A DNA stretch of 64,000 bases from an uncultured Gammaproteobacteria bacterium (GCA_964393525.1 CAYMTV010000001.1:1545-65544); one strand, 5' to 3'. Shown: positions 47,896-57,751, counted from the stretch's first letter. Notes: generated by a model from the letters alone, not told the origin. Translations and numbers: made by a program.

Positions 47896-49908
47896 ATGGA
47901 TTTCATACTCAACAATTTGGCAAATACTTTAATATGGGGTGGGGCGCTTGCCGCAACAATTTATGGTTTATTTTTAGGCGGGTGGATCCTAAAGCAGCCC
48001 AGGGGTGATGAAAAGATGAATGAAATTGCATCTGCCATTCAACAAGGGGCAGCAGCTTACCTTACAAGGCAATATACAGTTGTCGGCGTAGTGGCCTTAG
48101 TTTTAGCCGCATTGATATTTCAATTCTTCGGTTTAAACAGCGCTTTAGGGTTTATCGTAGGTAGCGTCTCTTCGGCATTTGCCGGATTGATCGGTATGCT
48201 GGTGGCTGTTCGGGCCAACGTCCGTTGTGCAGAAGCTGCCAAAAAAGGCTTGCCTCAGGCTTTTGAAGTAGCTTTTAAGGGCGGAACTGTTACCGGGTTT
48301 CTGGTTGTGGGACTTGCTTTGGCTGCAGTTTACGGATTTTATCAATACAGCCAGGATTTGCCTTCACTGATATCCTTGGGTTTTGGAGCTTCGCTTATTT
48401 CGGTTTTTGCCAGGCTTGGAGGAGGGATTTATACCAAGGGTGCTGATGTTGGAACGGATATGGTGGGAAAAGTCGAAGCCGGAATCCCCGAGGATGACCC
48501 AAGAAACCCGGGGGTAATTGCCGATCTGGTTGGAGATAATGTTGGAGATGATGCCGGAATGGCAGCAGATGTTTTTGAAACTTATGTTGTTACGGCAATT
48601 GCTGCCATACTTTTGGGTAACTTACTTTTTCCAAGCAGTGGAGTTCCGGTTTTGTCATCAATTGTAAATTATCCTTTGAGCTTAATGGCTGTGGCTATTT
48701 TTGCCTCAATCATAGGTAGTCTTTTTGTTCGTCTTCAGGGCAAAAAAATTATGGGCACCCTTTATCTCGGGTTAATTATTACCGTAGGGCTCTCGGCAGT
48801 TTTTTTCTTTCTTGTCACAAATTATTTTGCCGGAGGATTCATAGGTGTTGAGCCCATGAACTTGTTTATTTCCACTTTGATCGGATTGGCTGTTACCGGC
48901 GGTATGGTTTATATTACCGAGTACTATACCGGGACCCAATATAATCCGGTCAAGCACATCGCCGAAGCTTCCAAAACCGGCCACGGAGCTAATATAATAG
49001 TTGGTTTAGCTATATCGCTTAAGTCAACTTTTGCACCAATTGTTTTAATCTCAATGGCAATCCTGTTTGCTTTTTCTCTGGCCGGGTTATATGGTATCGC
49101 CCTGGCTGCAGTAGCGATGCTTTCTTTGGCAGGGATAGTTGTGGCAATTGATGCATTCGGCCCGATTACCGACAATGCGGGAGGGATTGCCGAAATGTCT
49201 TCTCTTCCCACAAAGGTAAGAAATGTAACCGATCCTTTGGATGCTGTCGGAAATACCACCAAGGCCGTGACCAAAGGATATGCTATTGCTTCAGCCGGGC
49301 TGGCAGCACTGGTTTTGTTTGCAGCGTACGCCCAGGAGCTTGGTGAGGGTGTAGAATTTTCCTTGTCCAATCCAAACGTTTTAATCGGACTTTTTATTGG
49401 TGGAGCGCTGCCGTACCTTTTTGCTTCCTTTGCAATGGAAGCTGTCGGAAAGGCCGGAGCTGCTGTGGTGGTTGAGGTAAGAAGACAGTTTAAGACCATT
49501 AAGGGGATTATGGAGGGGAAAGCCAAACCGGATTATGCAGCTTGTGTTTCAATAGTTACTGCCACCGCTCAAAGAGAAATGATTATACCAACCTTAATAC
49601 CAATAGTGATTCCTGTACTATTAGCTTTGCTTTTAGGTCCTGAAGCTTTAGGGGGATTACTTATGGGAGTAATTGTCACCGGGCTTTTTGTGGCACTGTC
49701 CATGACTACCGGTGGTGCAGCCTGGGATAATGCCAAAAAATATATTGAATCAGGCCATTTTGGAGGCAAAGGATCTTTTGCCCACCAGTCCGCAGTAACA
49801 GGGGATACAGTAGGGGATCCATACAAGGACACAGCAGGGCCTGCGATAAATCCCATGATTAAAGTTGCAAATATTGTTGCACTACTACTAGTACCCTTTT
49901 TAAGATAA
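47896..49908 (+). CDS. hppA: Membrane-bound proton/sodium-translocating pyrophosphatase
   Basis: [31 protein letters not shown] and [19 protein letters not shown] signatures, ~15 TM helices, 670 aa. Confidence 0.9.
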   Translation: MDFILNNLANTLIWGGALAATIYGLFLGGWILKQPRGDEKMNEIASAIQQGAAAYLTRQYTVVGVVALVLAALIFQFFGLNSALGFIVGSVSSAFAGLIGMLVAVRANVRCAEAAKKGLPQAFEVAFKGGTVTGFLVVGLALAAVYGFYQYSQDLPSLISLGFGASLISVFARLGGGIYTKGADVGTDMVGKVEAGIPEDDPRNPGVIADLVGDNVGDDAGMAADVFETYVVTAIAAILLGNLLFPSSGVPVLSSIVNYPLSLMAVAIFASIIGSLFVRLQGKKIMGTLYLGLIITVGLSAVFFFLVTNYFAGGFIGVEPMNLFISTLIGLAVTGGMVYITEYYTGTQYNPVKHIAEASKTGHGANIIVGLAISLKSTFAPIVLISMAILFAFSLAGLYGIALAAVAMLSLAGIVVAIDAFGPITDNAGGIAEMSSLPTKVRNVTDPLDAVGNTTKAVTKGYAIASAGLAALVLFAAYAQELGEGVEFSLSNPNVLIGLFIGGALPYLFASFAMEAVGKAGAAVVVEVRRQFKTIKGIMEGKAKPDYAACVSIVTATAQREMIIPTLIPIVIPVLLALLLGPEALGGLLMGVIVTGLFVALSMTTGGAAWDNAKKYIESGHFGGKGSFAHQSAVTGDTVGDPYKDTAGPAINPMIKVANIVALLLVPFLR

Positions 49909-49909
49909 A

Positions 49910-50281
49910 TTAGGGGTTTTCCAGAAATTCCTCGATTCTATTTACTAAATCTTGAGGTGTTAACCTCTCCTTTAACAAGAAACCCTTGGCGCCCTGCTTT
50001 AAGACCTCAGTAATCAGTTTCTCCTGATCGCTTGATGCTAAAATAACCACCGGGATATTTTGAGTTTGGGGGTTTTGTTTCAATTGCTCTACAAGATTTG
50101 TGCTATTTGCTCGGATAGCCATAATATCTATTAGAATAATGCTGGGATTTGTTAGAGAAAACTGCAAAAGTTCCTCCTCATTTTTAGCAGTAACTACCTC
50201 AAAATTGGCATTGTTTAGAGCCTGCATATAAATTTCAAGCAAAAAAGGCGAGTCTTCAAATAGCAAAATTTTTCTTCGCAT
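49910..50281 (-). CDS. Single-domain response regulator (CheY-like receiver)
   Basis: Trimmed to the internal MRRKILLFEDS start. The ORF-track version overlaps the kinase by 266 nt. The receiver domain has an LIDIM phospho-Asp region. Confidence 0.7.
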   Translation of the reverse strand: MRRKILLFEDSPFLLEIYMQALNNANFEVVTAKNEEELLQFSLTNPSIILIDIMAIRANSTNLVEQLKQNPQTQNIPVVILASSDQEKLITEVLKQGAKGFLLKERLTPQDLVNRIEEFLENP

Positions 50282-50285
50282 ATTT

Positions 50286-51845
50286 TTAAGAGTGTAAATT
50301 AATTGCGTTTTGGTCAGATAATTGCCTGGTTTGGATTGCAACAGGTAGACTAAAGCTAAAGGTAGAGCCCCGCCCGAGTTCTGATTGGACCCAAATCCTG
50401 CCTTTATGAAGTTCAACAATTGCTTTAGAAATATAAAGCCCCAAGCCTGTTCCAACAACGTTTTGCTCCAGTTTTCCGGAGGCCCTAAAGAATTTAGTGA
50501 AAAGATGCGGGATTGCATCTTTGGCGATTCCCTGACCTGTGTCCGTGACATGAGTTATGACATCATTGCTAATGTGCTCAAGCCAGACCTGGATTTGTCC
50601 TCCTGAGGGAGTATAATTTATGGCATTGGCGATTAAGTTATTTACGACCTCGCTAATTCTCATCTGGTCGGCTTGAATGAAAGGAATAGGGGTGGCGGGT
50701 TTAATAAATGACAGGGTAATTCTTTTATCAGATGCCCGAATTATAAAGTCGTGGACTGTCTGGTCAACAAAAGCGACCCAATCCAAAGGCTGGGCTGAAA
50801 TTGTTATCGCTCCCCGTTCGATTCTGGAGACGTTTAGAAGATTTTCAACTAAAGCCGACAACTTCTGGGCGGAGATGCCGATTCTATCCAGAAGCATTTT
50901 TTGATCGGTATTAAATCCTTTACCGTATTCTTCAATAAAAACCTGAAGGTAGCCCTTAATAGAGGTTAATGGGGTTCTTAGTTCATGTGCCGCGACAGAT
51001 ACAAAGTCAACCTTCATCTTATCCAGCTGCTTATTTTCCGAAACATCATGCAAGTTTATGATATGACCGATATCATTCCCTCTGCTATCTTGCATAATAA
51101 AAGAGGCAAGATCGACAAATATCTCCTTTCTTTTTTCGCTGTTTTTTAAATCATCCAAGGTTGGGTAGTCCTGAAAGGGTTTTGTAGGTTTAACGTGTTC
51201 ATGAAGCAAGTCCCGGTCTAAAAGTTTAACCCCTTTTCTAAAAAAAGCGGTTTGATTTAAATTGGTTCCAGGGCAATATATTGAGGGGTCTATATCCAAA
51301 CTGTTTTCTATAAACCGGATCACTTCATTGATTGGCTTTCCGATAACTTCTCCGGTTGACCAACCGGTTAATTTTTCCGCAGCTTTATTAAAAACCATTA
51401 CTTGACGGTTTAGGTTAAGAGCGATGATCGGGTCTATCGCATAGTCCAAAGAGAAAGCCAGGATGTTCCTTTCCGAGAAGATCCGGTTTTGGTTTTGAGC
51501 AGTATTTTGTAGCTTTTTATTTACAGTATCAATTAAGTTATTGATGGAATTTGCCAAATCTTCCAGCTCGTCCTGGGTTTTAAGATTAATTTTGTAGTCA
51601 AAGTGGCCCTTTGATAATAGATCTGCGCCCTCAGCCAAATTTCTAATAGGACTTATGAAAATAGTTACCAGACCAACACCGGTAAGTAAAACAACTGTTA
51701 GAATTATCAATATATCCAAAGTAGCAATCCCGGTTAGGTTAAAATTTGCCAAAATCAGAGTAACTATTGAGATCAAAAGAAACAAAACCAAAAGTTTGAT
51801 CTTTAGGCTGAAAAAGTGTTTGGCTTTTTTGAGGTTTGGGTCCAC
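50286..51845 (-). CDS. Sensor histidine kinase (TM-HAMP-PAS-HisKA-HATPase)
   Basis: AAHELRTPLTSIKGY H-box, NLIANAINYT N-box, DTGQGI and GTGLGLYISK G-boxes, a PAS segment, and 2 N-terminal TM helices. Confidence 0.85.
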   Translation of the reverse strand: MDPNLKKAKHFFSLKIKLLVLFLLISIVTLILANFNLTGIATLDILIILTVVLLTGVGLVTIFISPIRNLAEGADLLSKGHFDYKINLKTQDELEDLANSINNLIDTVNKKLQNTAQNQNRIFSERNILAFSLDYAIDPIIALNLNRQVMVFNKAAEKLTGWSTGEVIGKPINEVIRFIENSLDIDPSIYCPGTNLNQTAFFRKGVKLLDRDLLHEHVKPTKPFQDYPTLDDLKNSEKRKEIFVDLASFIMQDSRGNDIGHIINLHDVSENKQLDKMKVDFVSVAAHELRTPLTSIKGYLQVFIEEYGKGFNTDQKMLLDRIGISAQKLSALVENLLNVSRIERGAITISAQPLDWVAFVDQTVHDFIIRASDKRITLSFIKPATPIPFIQADQMRISEVVNNLIANAINYTPSGGQIQVWLEHISNDVITHVTDTGQGIAKDAIPHLFTKFFRASGKLEQNVVGTGLGLYISKAIVELHKGRIWVQSELGRGSTFSFSLPVAIQTRQLSDQNAINLHS

Positions 51846-51893
51846 AATTTGATTTTAACAGGCATGAAATTTAACAACAAGACAGCGGAAGGA

Positions 51894-52376
51894 TCAAGTA
51901 GGTTGATTTTGAGGTTTTTGAGGCTCCAGGGCTTTTTTAACTTCTGCCAGGACCTGATCCGGGGTATACGCTGCTTTAATTAGGTAACCCTGGGCTCCAA
52001 GCTGAAACCCCTCTTTTATAACAGTATCCTGCCCTAAGTTTGTTAAAAGCAAGACAACCATAGAGGAATTCGGGTTTTTGACTTTCCATTGTCTTAGTAC
52101 CTCAAGCCCGTTTATACCAGGTAGCATGATATCCAAAAGCAGAAGGTCAAATTGTTCTTCGGAAAGAGTCTGCAGTCCGGCGGTTCCGTCGTTAACAGTT
52201 TTTACCAGATAACCTGCTTTGGTTAGTTGTCTGGCGTATAAATCAGCAATAAAAATCTCATCCTCAATTATTAGTATCTTCCTTTGAGCTTGGGGGGGTG
52301 GAACTGTTGGGGTTTGGGGCGGAGCATCAGGTGGCATAGTACTATTCAAGGTAGTAAGTTTTAGCCTATTTGTCAA
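51894..52376 (-). CDS. Single-domain response regulator with Pro/Thr-rich N-terminus
   Basis: ILIIEDE...LLLLDIMLPGINGLEV receiver motifs, with no output domain. Confidence 0.75.
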   Translation of the reverse strand: MTNRLKLTTLNSTMPPDAPPQTPTVPPPQAQRKILIIEDEIFIADLYARQLTKAGYLVKTVNDGTAGLQTLSEEQFDLLLLDIMLPGINGLEVLRQWKVKNPNSSMVVLLLTNLGQDTVIKEGFQLGAQGYLIKAAYTPDQVLAEVKKALEPQKPQNQPT

Positions 52377-52432
52377 CCCAAGGTTTTAATAGAATCCTAT
52401 AGTTTGAAGAATTATTTGTTTAGGTATATAAT

Positions 52433-52454
52433 TGTTCACAATTAATTGTGAACA
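52433..52454 (+). promoter_or_regulatory. Perfect 22-bp palindrome TGTTCACAATTAATTGTGAACA (operator candidate)
   Basis: 11-bp perfect arms. A TATAAT box 17 nt downstream ends 7 nt before the ATG at 52484. An extra half-site TTTCACAAT follows. Confidence 0.45.
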
Positions 52455-53140
52455 GATTTATTGTTTCACAATATAATTTGGATATGAGTATAGAGATAAA
52501 AATCAGACCGGGGATTACGGAAATTGCTGCTGGGGTAAAAGCCAAAGTAGGACTTCTTAGGCGAAAATTGAGAGATGCGAGCGAAACTGCTCTTCATGAA
52601 ACAGAACACCTCCTAACATTATTACTAAGAAGAAAGGGATTTAGAAGAGCTACAATTAATCCCGGGCCAGGATATCTTGGAATGGTTGAGCCATACGAGT
52701 ATGATGCGCCTTCCTTTGCAGCGCCTGCTGCAAGGTGCCGAGGTGGCGTAGGGCATGATTTGGCTGTTGTTGCAGCTATGGGAGATGATATTGGTATTGC
52801 AAAGTCAGTAGCCAACAGCACCTTAGCTGGAAACGAAAGAAAATTGCTTGTTGTCGCTTCCAGACTAGAGGAAGAAGGTGAAATTACCCAAACTGATGCA
52901 GAGAGAGCTATAGATGATGATGCAAACCCCTTTGCTCGAATTGAGATATTAGGACCTAATGTAAATAGGAAATTTGAACAAAAAACTTGGGAACAGGAAG
53001 GGCATTTAGTAAGTATTGAGTTAGCGGATTTTGAATTAGATAGCCATCCATTGGCAGAAAAAGTGAACGGAAATATATTAACCTTCAGACCGAGAACCGG
53101 TGTTCATCGTTGGCAAGAACCGGAACTGAAAGTTGGCTAG
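52448..53140 (+). CDS. Hypothetical protein with HExxH motif (possible metallopeptidase-like); likely true start ATG 52484
   Basis: ALHETEHLL contains HExxH. There is no other recognisable family signature. GC content looks higher than the neighbours by eye. Ends 1 nt from tRNA-Glu. Confidence 0.45.
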   Translation: MNRFIVSQYNLDMSIEIKIRPGITEIAAGVKAKVGLLRRKLRDASETALHETEHLLTLLLRRKGFRRATINPGPGYLGMVEPYEYDAPSFAAPAARCRGGVGHDLAVVAAMGDDIGIAKSVANSTLAGNERKLLVVASRLEEEGEITQTDAERAIDDDANPFARIEILGPNVNRKFEQKTWEQEGHLVSIELADFELDSHPLAEKVNGNILTFRPRTGVHRWQEPELKVG

Positions 53141-53214
53141 TACCGCGTACGGGAGTCGAACCCGTGATTTCATGGATGAGAACCATGTGTCCTAGGCCAC
53201 TAGACGAACGCGGC
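53141..53214 (-). tRNA. tRNA-Glu (anticodon CUC)
   Basis: Reverse complement GCCGCGTTCGTCTAGTGGCCTAGGACACATGGTTCTCATCCATGAAATCACGGGTTCGACTCCCGTACGCGGTA gives a canonical cloverleaf and is close to E. coli tRNA-Glu. Confidence 0.85.
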
Positions 53215-53270
53215 AAGTCAAACTTGCCAGCCGAGTTTGACTCGGCGGCGTAGAGTAAATTTTAACAAAT
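53213..53270 (-). repeat. ~60-bp hairpin-containing repeat upstream of tRNA-Glu (copy 1)
   Basis: GCAAGTCAAACTTGCCAGCCGAGTTTGACTCGGCGGC...AATTTTAACAAAT. The 36-nt core is identical to 54153-54190. Confidence 0.5.
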
Positions 53271-53293
53271 TTCTTGGTTTTATTCTAATAGAG

Positions 53294-54040
53294 TTAATAT
53301 TTTAAAGGTGGGGTTTTTGGAAATGGTCTTCTATTTTCTGGAAGGAGATCAGCGATACTTGTTTGAATTAATAAAGCAGGCTGGGATAATTGCTTTAAAT
53401 ATTCTTCTTCTGAAAGAGATCTTCTTTGTTTTCTTAAATCATGCCATGGACTTAAATCTAAGTTTGGTCCAGTTTTGACAATAATTTTTTCTGGTTTAGG
53501 TAATATAGCTCCTGGAGGTAAAGCTTCATATGTTCCAATTTGGACTAAGGGAAATGATGGTGTGCCTTGTCTGGAAGCTTCAATAGCGAGTAACACTAGA
53601 GTCTGATTCATGGAGCCTAATCTTCCGCTCCTGCTTCTAGTACCTTCGGGTGCTATACATATAGTTCTCCCGTGTCTTAATTCATCCAAGATCCTTCTCA
53701 CGGCGGCTAGATCCTGGCCATTTCTATTAACATAAATGGCACCCCATTGATTTAACATCCAGCCAACAACTGGAATTTTTCCCATAGATTCTTTTACAAC
53801 CATGGTTGTGGTGGGGTTGTGATAGGGATCAGCTACCATTGAGGCAATTGTATCAAGTAAGCTAAAATGAGAGGTAAGAGCAATAGCCGGGCCTTTCTTT
53901 GGTAAACTGGGATCAAAGTCAACTTCCAGTTTATGGTAAAAGCTCATATAAGCTCCCAAGACTCCTTTCATTATTTTTTGGGCTGGTTTGTCTAAATTTG
54001 GATTTGGTTGTTTGGAAGTTGGATTTAGTCTTTCACCCAT
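53294..54040 (-). CDS. plsC: 1-acyl-sn-glycerol-3-phosphate acyltransferase
   Basis: HFSLLD (HX4D) and IAPEGTRS motifs, 248 aa. Confidence 0.8.
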   Translation of the reverse strand: MGERLNPTSKQPNPNLDKPAQKIMKGVLGAYMSFYHKLEVDFDPSLPKKGPAIALTSHFSLLDTIASMVADPYHNPTTTMVVKESMGKIPVVGWMLNQWGAIYVNRNGQDLAAVRRILDELRHGRTICIAPEGTRSRSGRLGSMNQTLVLLAIEASRQGTPSFPLVQIGTYEALPPGAILPKPEKIIVKTGPNLDLSPWHDLRKQRRSLSEEEYLKQLSQPALLIQTSIADLLPENRRPFPKTPPLKY

Positions 54041-54074
54041 AATGACTTAAGGCAATTTTGAAATTGTAACATAG

Positions 54075-54152
54075 TATCTCCACCCTCGGGGTGAATTAGG
54101 TTCACACTCGGGATCCTCGATCCCGACTGTGTCGTGGATCGGGAACGAACCA
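54075..54152 (-). ncRNA. Highly structured 5' leader or small RNA between repeat copy 2 and plsC
   Basis: Three consecutive perfect hairpins (CACCC-TCG-GGGTG, GTGAA-N5-TTCAC, CGGGATC-CTC-GATCCCG). It does not fold as a tRNA. Confidence 0.25.
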
Positions 54153-54213
54153 GCAAGTCAAACTTGCCAGCCGAGTTTGACTCGGCGGCTTGAGAGAACA
54201 ATTTTAACAAATC
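54153..54213 (-). repeat. ~60-bp hairpin-containing repeat (copy 2)
   Basis: Same 36-nt core and AATTTTAACAAAT tail as 53213-53270. Confidence 0.5.
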
Positions 54214-54258
54214 TGAGCGTATCTTTCATCTTAGCTTCAAAAAATATATACTTTAGCA

Positions 54259-55995
54259 ATGTATTGGGCGGATAAAGTTGCACAGGAAATAATTAGTTCT
54301 GGAAAATACAAACCCTACTGGGTGGATGATATGAAAACCCCATCCGGGCAAATTCATGTGGGGTCTTTACGTGGAGTTTTAGTGCATGATTTTATATATA
54401 AGTCATTAATTCATGAGGGTATAGATGCAAAATTTACTTATGTTTTTGAGGACCATGACCCCCTAGATGAAATTTCACACAATTTGGACAGAAAAGAATG
54501 GGAGAAATATTTAGGACAACCTTTATTTACCGTCCCTTCTCCTGATGGAGATAAAGAAAAAAACTTTGCCCAGCATTTTTCTTTAGAATTTAAAGATGTC
54601 TTTAACTCCGCCGGAGCTAATCCTGAAATTATTTGGGTAAGTGATTTGTATAAGTCTGGCAGAATGAATGATGGGATAAAAAAATGTTTGGATAATGCTG
54701 ACATCATAAGGAGCATTTATGAAGAGCTTTACAAAAAACCATTACCCAAAAATTGGTACCCGTTTAAAATGGTTTGTCCTCAGTGCGGAAAAGAAGCAAC
54801 AACCGATGTAACAAATTGGGATGGTCAGGAAGTTACTTTTAGCTGTGAGATTGAAGGAATTTCCTGGACTAATGGATGTGGTTTTTCCGGTAAAGCCTCT
54901 CCTTTTTCAGGCGATGGAAAATATGTGGGAAAACTTCCCTGGAAAGTTGAATGGCCAGTTAAATGGCAGGTCATTGGTGTCACAATTGAGGGAGCTGGAA
55001 AAGATCATATGAGCGCAGGAGGGTCCCATGATGTTGCCAAACTGATTTGTGAAAGAGTTTTGGATTATTCTGTGCCCTTTCCGTTAGCTTACGAATTTTT
55101 CTTAATTGGTGGAAAAAAGATGTCTTCCTCTAAAGGGCTTGGAACTCCGGCAATTGAGATTGCAAAGATACTTCCAAATTACCTGGTGAGATTTTTATTT
55201 GCCAGAACCGATTACAGACAGGCAATAGAGTTTAATCCGCAAGGGACTATGGCAATTCCGGATCTATTTGATGAATACGACAGATGTTATAACCGCTTCA
55301 CCAAAACCCCGGACTTTAGTCTGGGCGATGCAGGCGAAGCAAAGGTTAAAGCTTCCGCGGCCAATAAGCTGCGAATCGGTTTAAGCTTAAATCATAAGAA
55401 TACCGCAGACTCTAAGCCCGCGGAAGCTTATAAAGCATATATAGATTCATCGGATGAAACTTTAGCCAGAACTTTTGAGATGTCACATATTGGGGAGTTT
55501 CCTCCCAAAGAAAAGACATTTTTACCGCGGTTTAGGGATGTTGTAAATTACTTGCAGCAGCCGACAATTGATTTGTATAAAAAATTTGAAGAGATAAAAG
55601 GTAGGTCCTTAAATGGGACAGAAGAAAAAATATTAAAAGACAGAGAAAAATATGGAAAAATTTGGCTGGAAAATTATGCCCCAATTGAATTTAAAATCCA
55701 ACTTTCAGATAAAATACCGGAGCAAGCTAAAGGTTTATCAGAAGGCCAGAAAAAATACTTAACTAAAGTTATAGATTTAATTGAGGATATTGGAGATGGA
55801 GATGAGCTTCAGCAGGCTTTATATAATCTTTCCAAAGAAATGGGTATTAATACAAAAGAAGCATTTTCGGCGATATATCTTGTAACAATCGGTAAAGAAT
55901 TTGGACCAAAAGCCGGGCATTTTTTACTTCAATACCCCAAAGAAAAAATTATTACAAGGTTTCAAGAAGCTACTGGAGACTTATTTAAGTCGTAG
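54259..55995 (+). CDS. lysS: Lysyl-tRNA synthetase, class I (archaeal-type LysRS-I)
   Basis: Class I fold with a HVGS (HIGH-like) motif and GGKKMSSSKG (KMSKS). Zn-binding Cys in the CPQCGK...C segment, 578 aa. Confidence 0.85.
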   Translation: MYWADKVAQEIISSGKYKPYWVDDMKTPSGQIHVGSLRGVLVHDFIYKSLIHEGIDAKFTYVFEDHDPLDEISHNLDRKEWEKYLGQPLFTVPSPDGDKEKNFAQHFSLEFKDVFNSAGANPEIIWVSDLYKSGRMNDGIKKCLDNADIIRSIYEELYKKPLPKNWYPFKMVCPQCGKEATTDVTNWDGQEVTFSCEIEGISWTNGCGFSGKASPFSGDGKYVGKLPWKVEWPVKWQVIGVTIEGAGKDHMSAGGSHDVAKLICERVLDYSVPFPLAYEFFLIGGKKMSSSKGLGTPAIEIAKILPNYLVRFLFARTDYRQAIEFNPQGTMAIPDLFDEYDRCYNRFTKTPDFSLGDAGEAKVKASAANKLRIGLSLNHKNTADSKPAEAYKAYIDSSDETLARTFEMSHIGEFPPKEKTFLPRFRDVVNYLQQPTIDLYKKFEEIKGRSLNGTEEKILKDREKYGKIWLENYAPIEFKIQLSDKIPEQAKGLSEGQKKYLTKVIDLIEDIGDGDELQQALYNLSKEMGINTKEAFSAIYLVTIGKEFGPKAGHFLLQYPKEKIITRFQEATGDLFKS

Positions 55996-56029
55996 CGCAA
56001 CTCTTATGCACGTGCATATTATTTGAGCA
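55996..56029 (+). promoter_or_regulatory. Palindromic motif GCAACTCTTATGCACGTGCATAT-TATTTGAGCAAT (copy 2)
   Basis: Matches 34458-34490. The perfect palindrome is ATGCACGTGCAT. Confidence 0.4.
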
Positions 56030-56643
56030 ATGAAGAAAATTATAAAAGGATTTTTAAGATGAAAAGAGAACAAGCGTACAAGTTACTTAAAGAGATGATT
56101 AAGTATCCTAATTTAATTAAACATGGTTTGGCTGTGGAGGCAATCATGAGAGAGCTATGTAATTATTTGAAACCCCAACATCCCGAACAACCCCAAAGTG
56201 AGTTTATAGAAGAAGAATGGGCAGTTGTTGGACTTTTGCATGATGCGGATTATGAACTGGTGGAAAAGGATCCGACAAAACACACCTTGGTGACCGAAGA
56301 AAAGTTAAAACCTATGGGTGTTTCGGATAGGATTATTAATGGGATAAAAGCTCATCATGATGGGATTAAAGATAGTAGGGATAATTTTTTAGAAAAAGCA
56401 GTATATGCGGCTGATGATATAACCGGGTTAATAACTGCTGTTACTCTGGTACGCCCCGATAAGAAACTTTCCTCTGTAACTGTAGATTCGGTAATGAAAA
56501 AATTTGACCAAAAAGCTTTTGCTGCAGGCGCAAAAAGGGAACAGATAAAAAAGGGGTGTGAGGAACTTGGAATTCCGTTGGAAGAATTTATAGGAATTTC
56601 CCTAAAAGCTATGCAGGGGATTGCAATAGAATTAGGATTGTAA
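56023..56643 (+). CDS. HD-domain phosphohydrolase (YqeK-like); likely start ATG ~56050
   Basis: H...VGLLHDADYE...HHDG metal-binding motifs. The track start is TTG, and a downstream ATG has an AAAGGA SD. Confidence 0.6.
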   Translation: MSNEENYKRIFKMKREQAYKLLKEMIKYPNLIKHGLAVEAIMRELCNYLKPQHPEQPQSEFIEEEWAVVGLLHDADYELVEKDPTKHTLVTEEKLKPMGVSDRIINGIKAHHDGIKDSRDNFLEKAVYAADDITGLITAVTLVRPDKKLSSVTVDSVMKKFDQKAFAAGAKREQIKKGCEELGIPLEEFIGISLKAMQGIAIELGL

Positions 56644-56657
56644 TAAATTCTTCAGAG

Positions 56658-57137
56658 ATGAAACCTTTTGAACTAATGGTTAGACCTATTAGAGCAATAA
56701 GAGACTTTCAAAGAGAAAGACGAGAGGGTCAAGCACAATTCAGGCGATTTGAAAGAGAATTCTATGACCTATATTGGCGAGATCCCAGTGACTATGCAAT
56801 TGTCGATAGATGTGTAAGCATTCTTATAAATGGAGAATATCCTCTAATAGATCGGGAAAGTATTGCATACAAAGCAATGAAGAGGCTTTATAATTTAAGA
56901 GAACATGCGGGATTGTCTTCTGATCAAATACTCGATAATTTAGCTCAAAAGAGAGGTGGACGTATCCCTCCAGTTGCAAGGTTTTTAACGGAAAGATTAG
57001 ATGAAGTATTAGAAATTCCTAGAATTCCTGGAGTTAATCCTTTACATTATGCTTTAGATATGGGATTTGGTTTTAGACTTGAAGCCTTTTTAGCCGGAAA
57101 ACCAGATCCAATACTATTACTAGATGTTGCCAGTTAA
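56658..57137 (+). CDS. Hypothetical protein
   Basis: 159 aa with no motif. The 3' end overlaps the rdgB start. Confidence 0.4.
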   Translation: MKPFELMVRPIRAIRDFQRERREGQAQFRRFEREFYDLYWRDPSDYAIVDRCVSILINGEYPLIDRESIAYKAMKRLYNLREHAGLSSDQILDNLAQKRGGRIPPVARFLTERLDEVLEIPRIPGVNPLHYALDMGFGFRLEAFLAGKPDPILLLDVAS

Positions 57138-57750
57138 AGTCACTAAACTTCTGATAGGTTCCACAAATCCCGCTAAAATTGAAGAGTGGACTAAGTTTTT
57201 TAAGGATACTTTTGAGATACTTCATTTAAAAAATTTTCCAAATATAGATGATTTAGAGGAAACTGGGGAGACTTTTGCGGAGAATGCCAGAAATAAAGCT
57301 TCTCATTATGCAAAATTAACCAATGAATATACCTTTGCAGAAGACGGCGGATTTGAAATAGATGCGTTAGGGGGGGCTCCCGGAGTTCACTCAAGAAGAA
57401 TATTTCCTGGGAAAAAAGAAGCGACTGATGAAGAAATTGTTGAATATGTCCTAAAAAAGCTGGAAGGTCTTCCTAAAGAAAAAAGAACTTCCAGACTTAA
57501 GGTTGCAGTAGCGATTTCCGATCCTAATGGAAAAATAATCTTTGAGGATTTTGGGTCAATTGGCGGATATGTTTTAGAAAAAAGAGATGATTCACCAATC
57601 ATCCCGGGTTATCCTTATAGAAACCTTTTGTATATTCCGGAGCTTAATAAAACTTATGCCCAGGCTTCCGATGAGGACCATAGGAGAATTAATCATAAAA
57701 AGATTATTGCTAACAAATTGAAACAATTTTTGCTAAACTACGAGGGATAG
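57124..57750 (+). CDS. rdgB: Non-canonical purine NTP pyrophosphatase (Ham1/RdgB)
   Basis: GSTNPAKIEE, FAEDGGFEIDALGGAPGVHSRR, 208 aa. Confidence 0.85.
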   Translation: MLPVKVTKLLIGSTNPAKIEEWTKFFKDTFEILHLKNFPNIDDLEETGETFAENARNKASHYAKLTNEYTFAEDGGFEIDALGGAPGVHSRRIFPGKKEATDEEIVEYVLKKLEGLPKEKRTSRLKVAVAISDPNGKIIFEDFGSIGGYVLEKRDDSPIIPGYPYRNLLYIPELNKTYAQASDEDHRRINHKKIIANKLKQFLLNYEG

Positions 57751-57751
57751 T

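Noticed and set aside
49910-50551. Long 213-aa version of the response regulator ORF
   Set aside because: The N-terminal 90 codons overlap the 3' end of the histidine kinase gene on the same strand. The receiver domain starts at the internal MRRKILLFED, so the feature was trimmed to 49910-50281.
54075-54152. tRNA on the minus strand downstream of the repeat, by analogy with tRNA-Glu after copy 1
   Set aside because: The reverse complement lacks a matching acceptor 3' strand and T loop. It folds instead as three simple hairpins.
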